Assembly: GCA_051294905.1 (NCBI GenBank)
Contig: CM119372.1
Span: 34,784,001-34,848,000, forward strand
Source: Botryllus schlosseri
Taxonomy: Eukaryota
DNA length: 64,000 nt
Direction: 5' to 3'
Shown here: in pieces, positions 26,647-41,149 of the stretch
How the letters are laid out: each line of letters opens with the position of its first letter
Position numbering within the stretch: the stretch's first letter is position 1
The notes under the pieces: generated by a model
The model's database searches: none
What the model was told of the DNA's origin: nothing
Seen by the model: only the letters and a program-made list of their open reading frames with translations
Made by a program: the position numbers and the translations under genes

Positions 26647-27465
26647 ATGCACACACTAACACCGTAAACAGAAGTCGATGATTTTGATTAATAAAAATAT
26701 TTCTTGACTACATCGGAATGTCTATGTTGTAGAAAGTAAATACTTTTATGGTGTTGTGTGTTTAATGAAAGCGATTGGTTACAAGTATGTTTTGGGAAAA
26801 TATAATTTATTTTTCTGTATGTGACAGTTTGTGAGGAAATGAAAATAGATCCGTGGTTTTATTGTCTTGTGATTGCACTGTTTTAATGTACGCTTCAACA
26901 TGGAGACTTGACGCTGAACAACAACTCGATTCACTAAACAATTTGTCGCTGGTGTGCAAAGGGTTAGGAAAATTTTAATACAGCTCCATCTACTGGTTGT
27001 TTTGTTGTGAGGACAAGCATGCGATGACTCAGCACTTTTCGTTAGCAAAGTAGATTGATCTGTGTGAAAGATGTAAGGGCCGTGACTAGAAAACATATGT
27101 ACTCTGTTGTTGGAGTAGCTGATTTATTGCTATGAAATTGACAGAACCCTCGGGAAGTGAGTATGCTTTTCTTTCACGAAAGTTTACGTGGTTCGTTGTA
27201 ATAGATTTGTGTTAACTACACTCGGATAGATACTGCAATTGTGCTGGACTTACACATGGTATTCGCATACTGTACACATACAAACTTTGTGTAAACAACT
27301 CTGATGTTTCTGTTCGTACTAGTTCTGTGTTGAACTATTTGATTATTAAGATACACGAACAACCATTCGGACAATAAAGTTCTTGAGGTATCGAAACAGT
27401 TTGAAAGCCCCGCCAATCATTGTACAGGTTTGTAGCATGGGAATATCGAGTATTTTCGTGTAACA

Positions 27466-27927
27466 TAGGCTTACCATATTTCGGAAATGAAAAAAGAGGA
27501 TACTTTTTCAGAAATTTCAAACAAGCAAAACTGGAGAAGAATTCTCAAAAACAGGTAAATTTCACCCGCTTCATGATCAGTTGACTAAAAAAAAAAAAAA
27601 GGTCATCACTTCCGCTCAGAGCTCAAAAACACGTTTTACACTCCACATTGCTAGGTGGATGACTAAAAAAAAAAAAAAAAAAAAAAAAAGGTCTTCTTTT
27701 CGCTCAGAGCTGAAATCACCACTTTTCCCTCCGAAATACCCGCCGGAGCTTCACTTCTGCGCTAATTTGCGGCATATCACTCGCAATTTCCACTAAATCT
27801 GACCTAAATTTTCAAAAAAGAGGACAAAATCTCAAAAAAGAGGACAAAAGGGCGTCCTCCGAGGACACTTTCAAAAAAGTCAAAAAAGAGGACGAATCAT
27901 CTTAAAAGAGGACGTATGGTAAGCCTA
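27466..27927. mobile_element. hAT-type MITE nested in copy A
   Basis: TIR taggcttaccata/tatggtaagccta, perfect TSD gtgtaaca; the empty site is present in copy B near 63200. Confidence 0.93.
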
Positions 27928-30900
27928 GTGTAACATGAATATATTTCATATGCCATCGGTAAGAAATGAGTTATGTGGGATAATAATTAGTGTCCTACAG
28001 TAAAACTTGTTGTGTTTGATTGCATACTTTTTTATCATTGTTTGTTGTGGTTTTGAAAGACGGGTGAGTTTACATTTAAATATAGTAAGCAGAACAACTC
28101 AAGTAATAAATTTTACTCGTTTGAAAATCGACCCGCTCGAGAATACCGATCAATGGAGTAACAGTATCAATATATCAAAAATATCAAACTCTGCATACAA
28201 CTCGGTTAGGTAAACAATACAGTTACAAATCGGATGTAAGCTTGATTTACAGATGACAGCCTGATGATGTAAAGCTCAACCAATCCAGTGTGTTTATTGC
28301 AAAGTATTTGACACAAACAAAATATTGAATGAAGACCCACTCTTCGGTTTGATTACCAAGCTAGTGAAAATTGTTTTCTATTGGATGGATATGATTTACC
28401 TTTAAAAAAACGATATAGACTGATTAAGCGACGCTGTTTCATATCCGTCGAGTGAGTAAACTTTCTTTGGAGTTCGGTTTATTGAGGTAATTGTTAGGGA
28501 TTCAATCACATACAAGTAACGTCTTTTAGTGACAGAGTATTGTGATGACATTTACTTAAGCGAATGACAACGGAAAAATTTTCGATTGCATTGTCGGTGT
28601 ATGTGTTACACAAATAATTCTAGTACACCTAACTATAGGATACATTTGGCAAACATCGTTCAAATTGTTTCTTTGTGATGGTAACGACTTTCAGCGACTC
28701 GGTTTCATGACGAGAATTATTATTTGAGGGTTCTAAAACAATTTCAATCAATACTACAAACGAACAACAATATATTACGAGCGTTGTGTACTAGACATTT
28801 CTAGTTGAATTGGATGCGTCTAGCAAACATATCCCAATTTACTTTTGTAATGATCAAAGTCTGAAAGTGTAACCTCGCGATATTTTACATTTAGCACGTT
28901 CTATAGAAAGTGTGAACGGAGTTGAGTATTAATCGTGTACATTGGGATAATGCTATGATATCAAAGAGATATTTTCACACCGTGTAATGTTTCAATTCTC
29001 TGTTGCGAATACAGACAGTAACGACATTGATGGTAAATCCTCACTCTTGTTCATTGTAAGCGAATCCTAAACATCGCAACAGTCGGTATGGAAATCGAAC
29101 GCATGCATACTTTTAGATAGGCGACACTAACAAGTTTATTACATCTGTGAAATACTTGAAACAGCGATTCGTGATTGTGTTAGGTAGATTCATCTTCTAT
29201 ATCTGGGGACACAAAGATTTCTTAACTTTGGTTACAGCTCATTCGTAACGAATTGTTGCGTGCAATCTAATAAAGCACAAGTCGAAGACGAATGATTTGA
29301 TTTCAATGAACTAAAAAGTCCTTTCGTTTTGGTGTTGGGTTTAATACAATTTGTATGACTATAACGAATCCGATTCCAAAAGTGCAATGTTACATTTAAC
29401 AAAAAGTTTGATGGCTCGCATTCTGATATTGATAGATGTGTAGAGTAATATGACTAGTTTATAAAACCTCGGTAATGTGTTTTGTCATGTCTGTGTTCAA
29501 CAAATATGTGATCAAGTCTTGCCATTCGATATTAACTTTCGCAGTCGGTGTAAGCGAAAATTTATTGAAGTAACAATACCGACGTGTTCAATAATATTCT
29601 CCATCGATGCATTCGAATAGTCCGTCAGCTGCAAGCGGATTTAAAACTCGATGCCGTTTTGTGTTTAACTCAAGTCAGTGGCTGCGTACGTGTTGATTTC
29701 AGGAATGATCATGACGTGTTGCCTGGGTAGATTAGTTAATGTGGTTGTAACTATGACCGTAAAGAGTTGCTGACATTCCAATATCTTTTACGCTGTAATA
29801 TATGGACTCACTTGTGATTATTTAATTCTCAGTTATTGTTCAGACATTCAAATCTCGTATACTCAAAATACAATATGTTTATGTCAAGTCGTATATGCAC
29901 CGAGTATAGTAATTACTTTGTGTTATAGATTAGTAACGACTTTTACAGTTGAATAAAAATTATCGTCATATGAATACAACCAGGATGAATTAATTTAAGT
30001 TTGCGAGTTGTAGTGATATAATCAAGTAAGGCAAAATCGATTTAACACTTGTGAATGTTGTTGCGAATAATTATTTTGAGGGTGGTAAGATATTAAAATG
30101 TCTCTTTGACAAACGGAAAGCCGGATCGCGAAGAGTTGTAATGTTTCATTACTTGTTTCAAATCAATGTGCGTATAATATCGAAATGGCGCTGGGGGAAA
30201 AATGTAGTCATGTTTGTCAATCCTATTTCAATTCACACTACCTCAAAGTCAAAATATTTCGCTTCGGATTACATCAATGTACCTATAGAACGTCTCGCGA
30301 ATGGATTCCGACATCGTGCTATAACTGGATCACTATGTCTGACGCATTATCCTGTCAGCGACGTAGGGTTTTACAATTATTTCACACCTTTTCGAATAAG
30401 CGCCAACTTCGCAAAGGATTAGGGTTCGATCAGAAATAAGTGAGAATTTGTCGGTATTCGAATCACCGTCTGCGACGGTTCGGTTATTCGTTACTTATTA
30501 AATCTTACCGGCGAATTCCAGTTCTGTGACATACTGATTACCAAAATATTACATTGTGAACGATCGGCATGTATGTATCAGAAAATCGCGAGTGATCGCT
30601 ATGTCTGAGGTGTTATCTTGTCAGCGAGCGCGGGGTTTGCAACCTATTTCACACCTTTTTGAAGTGTTGGTTTGCGAACGCGGCTATTGTTGGTATTGGA
30701 ATCGCCGTCTACGCCGGCTCCGTGACAAACTAATTACCAAAATATTACTTGTGCGTAATTCCTACCTTTGTAACATCAAACCACGAGGGATGGGTATTCT
30801 GATGTGTTATCTTCTGAGCGATCGTAGGATTTTACAAATATTTCACACCTTTTTGGAGTGTTAGTATGTGAACGCGGCTATTGTTGGTATTCGAATCGCC

Positions 30901-31229
30901 GTAAAAGACTTGAGCAGGCCGCGTTTCCAAAACGGACGTATTTAGTGGGTCACACATATCAAAACGCAAGCGCAAACATCTGTTTTTCAAAATCGCACAA
31001 TGCACTGCGGTTTAGTGAATTTCCGGTTTAGCGAAACGAACGATTTTATTGTGTCACACATGTCAAAACGCAACCACCAACATCTGTTTTTCAAAATCGC
31101 ACAGCGCAAAGACTTGAGTTAGAACACGATCGGTCATTTGTCACGACTAAACTACGATGTCTTCATGTAGAACCGTGTGAGCGATCCCTATACCTGTAAC
31201 GCTATCATGTCGCGTCTATATCAGCTACC

Positions 31230-31810
31230 GTGTCGCCGCGGTCTATACCCGAAAGTACGAATCATCGCCGTATCCATAAGAATAACGTGAGAATACATGA
31301 CAGGCGAATCACCACCGCAGCCTATACCAAAAAAGACGAATCACCACCACGAGTTTTCACGGCGAATCTTCACCGCGGCCTATACCCGAAAAGGCGAATC
31401 AAGACCGCACCCATAAGAACACATGGCGCATCACTAGAGACTCCGTAAGAATACATGAGAGGCGAATCACCACCGCAGCCTATATCAAAAAAGGCGAATC
31501 ACCACCACGGGTTTTCACGGCGAATCACCGCCACGAGCTATACCCGAAAGGGCGAATCCCGACCGCACCCATAAGAACACATGGCGCATCACCGCCGAGA
31601 GGGGGGTCTAAAAAAGCGCATCACCACCACGAGTTTCCAGGCGCATCACCGCCACGGCCTATACCTGAAAGTGCGAATCACGACCGCACCCATAAGAACA
31701 CATGGCGCATCACCGCCGAGAGGGGGGTCTAAAAAGGCGCATCACCACCACGAGTTTCCAGGCGCGTCACCGCCGCACCCATAAGAACCCCTGCCACATC
31801 ACGAGCGATC
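31230..31810 (+). repeat. GC-rich tandem array of ~29-bp related subunits (cgaatcaccaccg core)
   Basis: Repeated gcgaatcacc/gcgcatcacc motifs; related to the array at 59690..60210. Confidence 0.9.
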
Positions 31811-32698
31811 TACTATACTACTAACGGGGCTGACGAGTCGAAACATATGTAAATGGAATACTTACTCAAACCGATAAAGCGTTTCGTTTGGTGCCATCCG
31901 CGATGTCGAAATATCCAAAACATTGGTAGCCACCATTTCGACCTTCAGTTGCCTATAATGCTACCCTATTTCAGAACTTCATACAAATACATCGACGGAT
32001 TTCCTCATATATATAGTAATACCAACTATCCGTAAAATACATTTGCTGTCGATGATCAATATTATATCTCAGAATAGTACGCCGATATATAATCGCCGCA
32101 ATTAAATACACCTTCTGAATTGCTATGGAGGGCCAAATCGAGGTACATTATGCGTAAGTGCATAAACATCGACTTCTATGAGTTATCATTAGCCTACTTA
32201 TTTTGTCTCAGAAAAGATATACTTCCGAAAGTGAATATGCGCCAATAGTGATCACTTAAGTGCATTTTAGACACTAAAGTGTAGAAATGGAATGAATTGC
32301 ACTATGTTGCGCAATCTACAATCATTGCAGTAAAATATACATAACTCGACGACTATTAGTCTGCGTCTTGTCAAGAGTCAAGGGCACAATTACGAGCATA
32401 AAAGAGAGATTTAAATAAACACAAATTTATCAAATATGAGGTAACAGTAATATCATTTTTAAAATCCGGTTAGACCAGCTGCATCCAAGCACTCCCCCCT
32501 CCCCTTATCATGCTCGGCATATGTTAACCGCCCTCCTGAAATTTAGAGTTCATCATTAAAGAAGTACTTTTCCGTAGTACTCAAGCAGAGTTATCTACTA
32601 GTTTTACTTACTCACGTAGTATTGTTTGTATAATCAATCTACTTCACCAGCTTTTTGATGCTAAAATAATAATATTTGCTCACGTAGTCTTTGGATAC

Positions 32699-34613
32699 CA
32701 GTGGCGGCTCGTGACAATATCGGGTGGTGGGGCAAGGGCTGCAAGCGACTTTTTATCAAGATGACGTCACAATGGCGTTTTCCAACGTAAACAAGTAACT
32801 TAATGATGGTACGATAACATGAATTTGCCGGCTACAGTGATTTTAACGTATGTGTCACGAGAGGTCCGCCGGTGGGCTGTGACTTGAAGTGTGGTAACTG
32901 CGTAAACGGCGTACGGAACAAATATTCAACACGGTTCATGTTCGCACTAGACCTGGAAATGACTATAACTCGAGAGATAGCATAAGCCTAATTGGAAAGG
33001 TCAACGAGTTCGGACAGATACGCAATTGTTATCTCACAGATTGGGCCTGTCATATTGAATCCAAAACATCATTCTTAAGAACTAAGAATAGCAGCCTCGG
33101 AAATTCGGTCTTGGTACAGCATAGGAGATTTTGGCCTTGAAACTGGAGACTGTAACACGACACATACGGCTTTATTACTGTCTATAGGTCTGCTGCGAAA
33201 TAGCCTTTGGAAAATATATTACCGAATTAATACGTGGATGAAAGCCTTAAACTTAGTACACTGTTACATGACATCATCGAGAAGTGGCCTCATGGCCCTT
33301 TCCGGTATGGTACACTGTCAAAATTAATGCGAACAGACCAACACCGAATTTTGCGTAAAATTTACTGAGGAATAGGCTGATCAAGTGATCAGCTGTTAGC
33401 CGCCATCGAAAACTAAATAGCTATCGCGTTTGACAGGGGGTTGTAAGCAAATGGCTTGAAGGCCACAATTTCACGGTGAAATTGGCATTAGAGAATATAA
33501 TATTAAAGTAAATATTTGAATGCAAACTGAGAATGATATCATCATCTCAGTTAACGTTACCGCGCAGATACACCGGCTGTTGCGTCAATCCGCAATGCGT
33601 TGTAGGCTAAAGTGTCAGATCGGAGCACATCTTTACCATACTCGACCTTGATAACGAAATTACTGCCCTAATCATTGAGTGTCAACCTTGAGACTTGGCA
33701 CAGCGTTCGATACTAAAATCAAGACATACCGTGCAAAAGCTTATGACTGATCTAGGTAAGGAGCATCGTTAAAATCAATACAGACCAATACCGGCTTTGC
33801 GCATAATCTGTTAGCGATAAATGACGAGTCAGCTCTCACTTGAATTAGGAAACGAAATTACCACTAACACAGTTCACTGACAAACTTAAAACTTGGTACA
33901 GCCTTCGATACTAACATTAAGACTTACCGTGCCAAATGTCATAACCGATCTCAGTATTGAACATCGTCAAAATCAATGGATAACAATACCGGCTTTTGAG
34001 TAAAATCTGTTTGCGATACATGACGGATCAGCACACACTCAACTTCGGAAACGGAATTACTACCCTAAACTTTAAGTAGAAACCCTGAAACTTGGGGCAG
34101 TGTTAAATACCACCATCACGACATGACATACCAAGTTTCAAGAGTTTTCATGGTGTGAAACACCATCAAAATCGACCTATACCAGCAAAGGTTGACTAAA
34201 CGCATATGACGGTAACCGAGTTCAGCTATAGATACGATTGTTACATCACACCTTAGGGGCACAGAGCTATCGTGCCCGGTTGCTCGGTAATTTTATGAAT
34301 AGGAGAGAGTAAATCACAGTTTCTTTATTGTGCGCGGCTTTGAGAGAATAGACAGTGAAAGCTTGTTATGAGCGCTACCGGGGCATGCCCCGGCTAGGCA
34401 TTCGCAAAGCGAAAACACAGAAGAGAATTCGATTTTCGCAGAGACTTCGATATATATGGGCATTTACAAGCGAAAGGACAAGAAGAATGCGATTTTCGCT
34501 GTGATTTCAGTATATATAGATTGGTGTGCGTCTATAAATGGTAAAGAATTGTTATTGAACAGAATTTTAGGTGGGGCAATGCCCCAGTTGCCCTATAGGA
34601 CGAGCCGCCACTG
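32699..34613 (+). mobile_element. 1.9-kb hAT-type non-autonomous element
   Basis: TIR cagtggcggctcgt/acgagccgccactg, perfect TSD ttggatac; highly similar inverted copy at 55934..57853. Confidence 0.95.
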
Positions 34614-36868
34614 TTGGATACACTTCCACGACGTTTTGCTACGAAGTTAAGAGCTAAATGAATGTAATGGAGTGGCCCTCACACTTTTTAGAAAGCGACC
34701 GAAATCTGAGTTTTATTAACGTCTCGCGACCCACGACTCATTCATCTACAAAATAATGCAGTTTTAATGTTAGTATGGTACGTTTTTATATTGGGATATA
34801 TGACACAGAGAAGGTGCTGACAACCAGTTCTTCGCGGAGCAGTTCAAGAAAGTAGGATTCATTACAAAACAGGCCATCGATCCTGTCAGGTACATGTAGA
34901 TGTCACTGAAACTGTTCCTCTGTATTATCTTTTAATGCGGGACTCTTTTGTATCGTACGCATCGATGGTTTCCATCTGTTTTCTAGTCGTGAACTACTAG
35001 CAGGAAATTATTATTACTAGTTCTGTGAAAATAGATTAGGTGGAGGCGTCGCAGTAAATCGGAAATGTGCTGCTGTCGACATTGCAAGATAGGCAAAGTG
35101 ATACAAAAAGAGTCCAAAACTACTTTCTACTTTTTAAAAGTCAAGGTATATAAACTAAGTATAGTAAGTAGTAGAAGTTGAAGTAGTCCGAAAACATATA
35201 AATACTTGACTGAGTATTGCAAGTAGATAAAACCTACTTGAGTAAATTCCGAAAAGGATCACCTACTTCGTAAGTGACCACCCCTGTAAATAGACCATAG
35301 CTGTACCCTGCATTTTCTACCTACCGTTATGTATTAAATACTAATTTTTCTTGTCTTATGGAGAAGTTGAGAGTTATGCAATGAAAGAATCTAGCGGTAC
35401 GTAAATATGCTGCAAATGGTTGGAAGCTCAATGCTTAATTAGGGAATTCAAAATATTGAGATCTCTATACGACAATGCCTATATTACAAGTTCATGATCA
35501 TCATCAATAATGCAGTATCACGCGATGTCTTCTTCGTCATTATCGCGGCCGAGTGCTTCCACTCGATGAAAGTATTGAGTACCTCATCAGCTTCACGAGA
35601 TTCTGCAAAACATGGCTTCACAAAATCAAATTTTGACAAGTACTCGTTTGTTCTAGATCTCGGAAGCTACTACAATCACGCAGTTACTTCACTATTTAGC
35701 ACATCACAAACGGTAAAGCATTTAACTGTGGTTGAAAAGAGAAAACTAAGAAATTGATGACTACGTAGTAAAGATAATTTAGCATGCAACCAATTATGAT
35801 CGCTGTATGACAGGGGTTCCTACAGTGTGGTTCACGACCTAGTCATGAGTCGAGAAGGGTATAGTTTTGGGTCGCGACAGCACCAGAGCGCGCGATCTTC
35901 GTAATATTTGTTGAATTTCTTGCAGCGAGGATATTTCGTTGGGCTTCTCCAACAAGCCAATAAGAGAAACCCGCAGAAAAGTCGGTACTACAATTTGGCT
36001 TGATCATGAAAACGTGTCGACCTTTGCATTACACAAATATGATTGTATCCATGATAAGATTTGTCCGACATTGATGTCTGTGGAAACACTATCGGAGACT
36101 GTGGGATGCTTAGGGCACGGACGGCCCACCCGTGACCCGCGCGTCACATTTGGCTCGCGGGAAGGTTTTGAGCTGTCCTCGGGTAATTTTTGAAACTGGT
36201 GATCAGCAAGAAAATGAAATGCCGACGTAACTTTGATAGCCTCACCTCGAAATTTGGGATGCTTATGACCAACAATGCATCACTTTTCATGAATCGGCTG
36301 TTCTCGTTCAGTTATCAGTTCAAAATGCGGGGTTTCACCTTGTTCGATTTCGAGCTCCACGTCTCCCCATTGCCGTTACACACGCCGTACCACAGCAACA
36401 GTCGCAATTCGACTATATACTGGTCTGGTCTAAATTCGGCGACGGCTGAGACGAGATGACCCGATGAAAGGGAAAGATTTTCTTTATGAAATTATTGATA
36501 TTTTATGTACATACTTGAATAAAAATCACTCAAAAGGTCTAAATTTCTGCAACCAATGATGGCCAAAATGGGAGTATCATCACAAATCACATACATGAGT
36601 TAAGTGTGTATGTCTTCACCTCCAGAGAACCTGGAGACTGGTTCGGCGAACCCCTAATGTTACATGGAATGCCGGTTAAGAACCATTGCAATTAAGACTG
36701 GAGATAGAGTGGCACTTTAAACGGACGGTGTTTAGATTTTAAACCCAAACTCGCTGCACGGCCGGTAACTACGGCATTCACAATTCATCTACCGATCGCG
36801 CCTAATTACCTGCAACAAAAAATAGCGTGTCGTCACAAATAATATGTACCGGTTTTGCGTGTCTAGAC

Positions 36869-37520
36869 AAGAGGTCGACCGATATTGATTTTTGCAGGCT
36901 GATACCGATACCTATTATCGACATGCTCACATTGCCGATAATAATATGGAAGGAGCAGATAACCATTTACCCAAAGTATTATACATTACGCAAGATGACA
37001 CTGGTACATGCCACAGAAAGCTAAACAACAAAGAAGCAAACTGAAATCAAAAAGAACTGTTGCTGAATTGTGCACATTCATTTGAATTTACGCAGACCCA
37101 AAAAGCCAAACGTGATACAAAATAGCAGATCAGTCCAGTAGAGGTAGATTATAATCAGGAAGCACAGTTTCTCTGCATGCTTATTGCTCACCAGTTAAAC
37201 TTGTCTTGCAAGTGTAACTCTATAGCAATTTCGCTATTGCTTTTCCACCATTCAAGTGGGTCATCTTTTTGCCTATTTAATAACGGTTCTTTGAGGTATA
37301 GCTATAGTTCGTCATCTATACGGCTACTTTCAGTACTCTTGAGGTAACATCTTCAGTATTGAGATGCATGGAATTATGCATGATATAGATGAGTCATTAT
37401 GGCTAACTAGAAGAGTGACCTCTTCTACTGGAACACGAGTTTGAATTAAGTTCAAATTCAATTCATAGGCCGATATCGATAATCGGGAAAGTTCGGAATA
37501 ATGGCCTCGATAATCGGCCA
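36869..37520 (-). mobile_element. Degenerate hAT transposase C-terminal (dimerisation domain) remnant
   Basis: Minus strand near 37200..37335: IDDEL*LYLKEPLLNRQKDDPLEWWKSN (DPLxWW motif); end resembles a TAGAGGTCGACCGAT-type TIR; boundaries approximate. Confidence 0.7.
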
Positions 37521-38741
37521 GATCGTGATGAGCCATGTTTACTTTGATGAAACATGACATATGGCAGACAATGCGGTGCGAACAGAACCACGCAACCCGC
37601 TACGTAAATTATATTGGCCATTACTTTCGTTAAGACGGCTTTATTACTCCATATCTACCTGGCACGATGCGCGACGAGAATCTTGGGCTTTACTTAAATT
37701 TTGTGAAAATTATATTCTTGTTGGTGCTCCGCAAAAACAGTCTCGAAATTCCTCAGTTTCTCACTCTATTTTTCGCAATATATTACTTCTACGTCACAAC
37801 CTTAAAACAGCGAAAAGTAGGTAAGTAAATCACAAAATATTACTTATTAGAAGTAGCGGGAAATTAGATTTACTTGAGTAAGTACTAAAAGTAGTGGAAA
37901 ACCACTGGGTTACTTCATAAAGTAGAAGTACTACTATGCTCACCATTTCTGGTAGGTAGCGCAAATAACGGTTGGGTTGCTTTCCACAAGGGCTTTCGCT
38001 GCATGTGATATGGTATGGATAAATCGCAAGACTGTATTACGTTGTGATGAAAGGTTACCATCGAATAACAAATCGAGTAATTCGATCTTAGATTGTGATG
38101 TGTGGTTTTATGGTGGCCGTAGGCATAACTAGTACTATTCAGACATAATTTTCAGGCGCGATGAAATATTGATAATGAATTTTGTAGAATGGTATTGAAA
38201 TTTAGTTATATATCTTCTTCGCGTATAGACAAGAGGTTACTTAACAACGTATTGGACAAGGAGAGGATAGTTTAACTTTATGTTAGGAAATTTGAGAACG
38301 TAATCGTAGATATTGTCTACTGTGGGATGATGCATATTTGCAAGAAATAATTTGAATATGTAACATTTAGTGTCGCTATTGTGTTGTGTTCGGAGCTTGC
38401 AGCATCCAGTTGCTTTGTAAGTGGATTACAGGCCACAAAAGTGTGACAAAAACTGCATCACTAAATTCCTTTTTTTGATGAGCTCGGAAACAGTATTGTG
38501 AAATCTGAACTTCCGGAGAATAAAATGTCCACGATGAAGCTATTAATAAATGTTGACTGATATGGTGTGCGTTGTTTGGCAAACTAAGTATCGAATCTTA
38601 ACGCTGGGGATAGGGATTGCGCGAACCTCTGAAAGGTTCAGGTTCGTGTGAACGCGAACCTTTTTGATAGGTTCTGTGTGAACGCCAACGTGAACCTATA
38701 ACGTCTCGTGACGTCATATTGGTAATTCCAACCCTACATAT

Positions 38742-39171
38742 TAGTGCGGAGCGGATCAACAAATTCTCTGGTCCGACTCCGATCCTGTTTTTCAGTTATC
38801 TGGTCCGGCTCCGGCCGTATCAGGAAAAGTACTGATCAGGCTCCGGCTAAAAATGAACAAATCCGGCCGGATATCGAATCCGTCTCCGGTCCATGCTCCG
38901 CCCTACATGGTACGGTTGCTCCGTGAATATATAAACACGGCTCGTTTATTTTTGCACTCGCTTGGCGGTTAATTGTGTGTGGTTCGTTGGTAGTTATTTA
39001 GTTACAAAGGTCATGCTTATCAATAAAGATCCTTATAGCCGTATCAAAAAAGTACTGATTCGGCTCCGGCCGTATCAGAAAAAGTACTGATCCGGCTCCG
39101 ATCCGGCTCCAGCTAAAATTGAAAAAATCCGGCTGGATATCCAATCCGGCTCCGGTTCGTGCTCCGCCCTA
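38742..39171. mobile_element. tccgg-rich hAT-type MITE
   Basis: TIR tagtgcggagc/gctccgcccta, perfect TSD ctacatat; appears nested in a gaacc/ggttc-rich element at ~38611..40021. Confidence 0.85.
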
Positions 39172-41026
39172 CTACATATCAGTGTAAACGATACCTAGCG
39201 ATGACCCAGGCCACAATACGCCACAATACGCCACAATGCTGAAGTATATGCTGACATTTCAAACGTCACCAAATGTATCAACTGAAGCAAGCAAATGCTA
39301 TAATAATCCCATAAAATCAATATCATCCGTCGCTTGGTCAACAATTTCGATGAGGACTTGCAAGGGAATATGAGCTTACGCCTTAACAATCTAGGCCAGA
39401 CCGGACAACGTATTCGACATCAGATTATTGGTACATTGATATTGAGCAGAGTGTAAAACAGGCTTCTATACTTGCTACCGATATTAACCAATAAACAAGT
39501 TAGCCAACAGTCCAATCGCAAGGATTTCATTTTTATGATACAATAAATATATCAAATCAAGATGGATCTCGTATGCGTACTGGATTCTTTACATTAAATA
39601 ACGATGTATTCTTTGTATCAATTTCATTGATTGGTTGAATAAGCATTATTCACTGACTATACCTACATGTAGCGTATTTCGTTCTTGATGTTGTGTGATC
39701 GCGGGTCAAGCTCACAGCAGAGAGTAACTAAATATTCACTAACGGAAAGCTAAATATTTCGAGCAAACTTTTTCGATATTGGAAAGTACATACTCGTTCA
39801 GTATTGATTTTTTTATGCAGCCAGCGCGATGCACAGATTGGCCCGGAGTTGAAATGCAAATAATTATAACCAAAGATGTTTTATTGACGTCAAAAATTCT
39901 AATATATGAAAAAGGTTCACAGCGCAGAACGTACCAAGGTTCGTTTGTGAGCGTGAGCCTCTAAATTTCCTAGGTTCATATACAGAACGCGAACGTGAAC
40001 CTCACGTTCACACCACCCCTACGAAATATACGTTGCTATAATCTTCGTTGATTTTCTTAATCTAAGGATGGAGGTGGAAGAGTTCATAATTGCATAATTG
40101 CTATTACTGCGCACATAGTCGCCAGCTTTCTCACATAGACCTTGAGTAGGTCTGAGCGAAAGTGTTGACCAGTTTTTAGGAATCAGCACACCAAGTTATG
40201 AGGTTGGGTCGGGGACAATTTCAAATTGCAAATTAGGATCGCGACCATAAAAAGTTTGGGAAACCCTGGTCTGTGGGGTGTGTTAGAAAAGCCTATAAAG
40301 CACTAAAAAAATCCGTACTAAAAGGTCGCATCCCATTGATCATAATAACGAATACCGGTCAGGTGACCAATGTAGTCAATGACCAATATAGTCGAGGTGC
40401 GATGAACACTAAAACATCAGCATCTGATGATAAAATATCGACTTATTACGCTAAAAATGTGTGCTAAGCAGTTGGATCGTTTGTATAGTCTGCCTTTACC
40501 AAAGTATTCATCGAGCGTTCATTCCGTGTCACGAAACTAACCCACGAAATCACCCCGGAGATACGGATTCAGCGGAGCAAAACCTTGCGACTATGCTGTC
40601 GGTTTCAAATGAAACTTACGGACAATTTGGGTAGGACGTGCTACGACTTAACGATATTTGCAATGAATCACCATTAGGGATCAGTAAGTAACACAATTCG
40701 AACTAACAACTTAATCCTTCAACATCGTGAGGCAAGATGGAAATTCGTCAATGTTTGAGTACAGACAGTAATGATGCAAGCACCAGTCCGGCTTCAGTTT
40801 AATTGTATATTGCATATTGATCATTTAATCCATGAAGGTTCACATGGTTTACAGCGGAATATTGGATCTTTGAGCTACGAATCCACCTATATATATAGTG
40901 TTACATCTTAGAATTTTGACCATAAATCCAAGCTCTTCTGCAATGAAATCGGGTTTTGAGACAATATTAGCCACCATACCCTTTATAAAAAGACCAAATC
41001 ATATTAACCAGTATACTATATTACAG

Positions 41027-41149
41027 AGCGTCGTTCGCAGACTCGGAAGCTATCGCACTGATTGTTTCAATTGCAATCATGGCTGTGTTCGGTATCGCAG
41101 CAAACGTAGTCACAATTCTCGTCATTTACGATAATGCTTCCCTGAAAAA
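41027..41149 (+). CDS. Class-A GPCR paralog, TM1 exon
   Basis: ttacag|...|gtgagt, 123 bp, phase 2-2, ASFADSEAIALIVSIAIMAVFGIAANVVTILVIYDNASLK with conserved TM1 Asn. Confidence 0.85.

Larger units (their letters stand above)
26673..31822 (+). mobile_element. Large unclassified dispersed element, copy A (5' end not defined)
   Basis: Diverged reverse-complement similarity to 59650..64000 in several blocks; both end in a tandem array then gatctactatactact. Confidence 0.75.

Noticed and set aside
31826..31856. Hammerhead-like motif ctgacga-gtc-gaaac-atat-gta
   Set aside because: Stem II cannot form with 3 nt and the flanks do not pair as stem I; single occurrence.
35490..35760. Frames open for 60-87 codons on both strands
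   Set aside because: No recognisable motif or convincing splice-site pair; cannot be supported without a database search.
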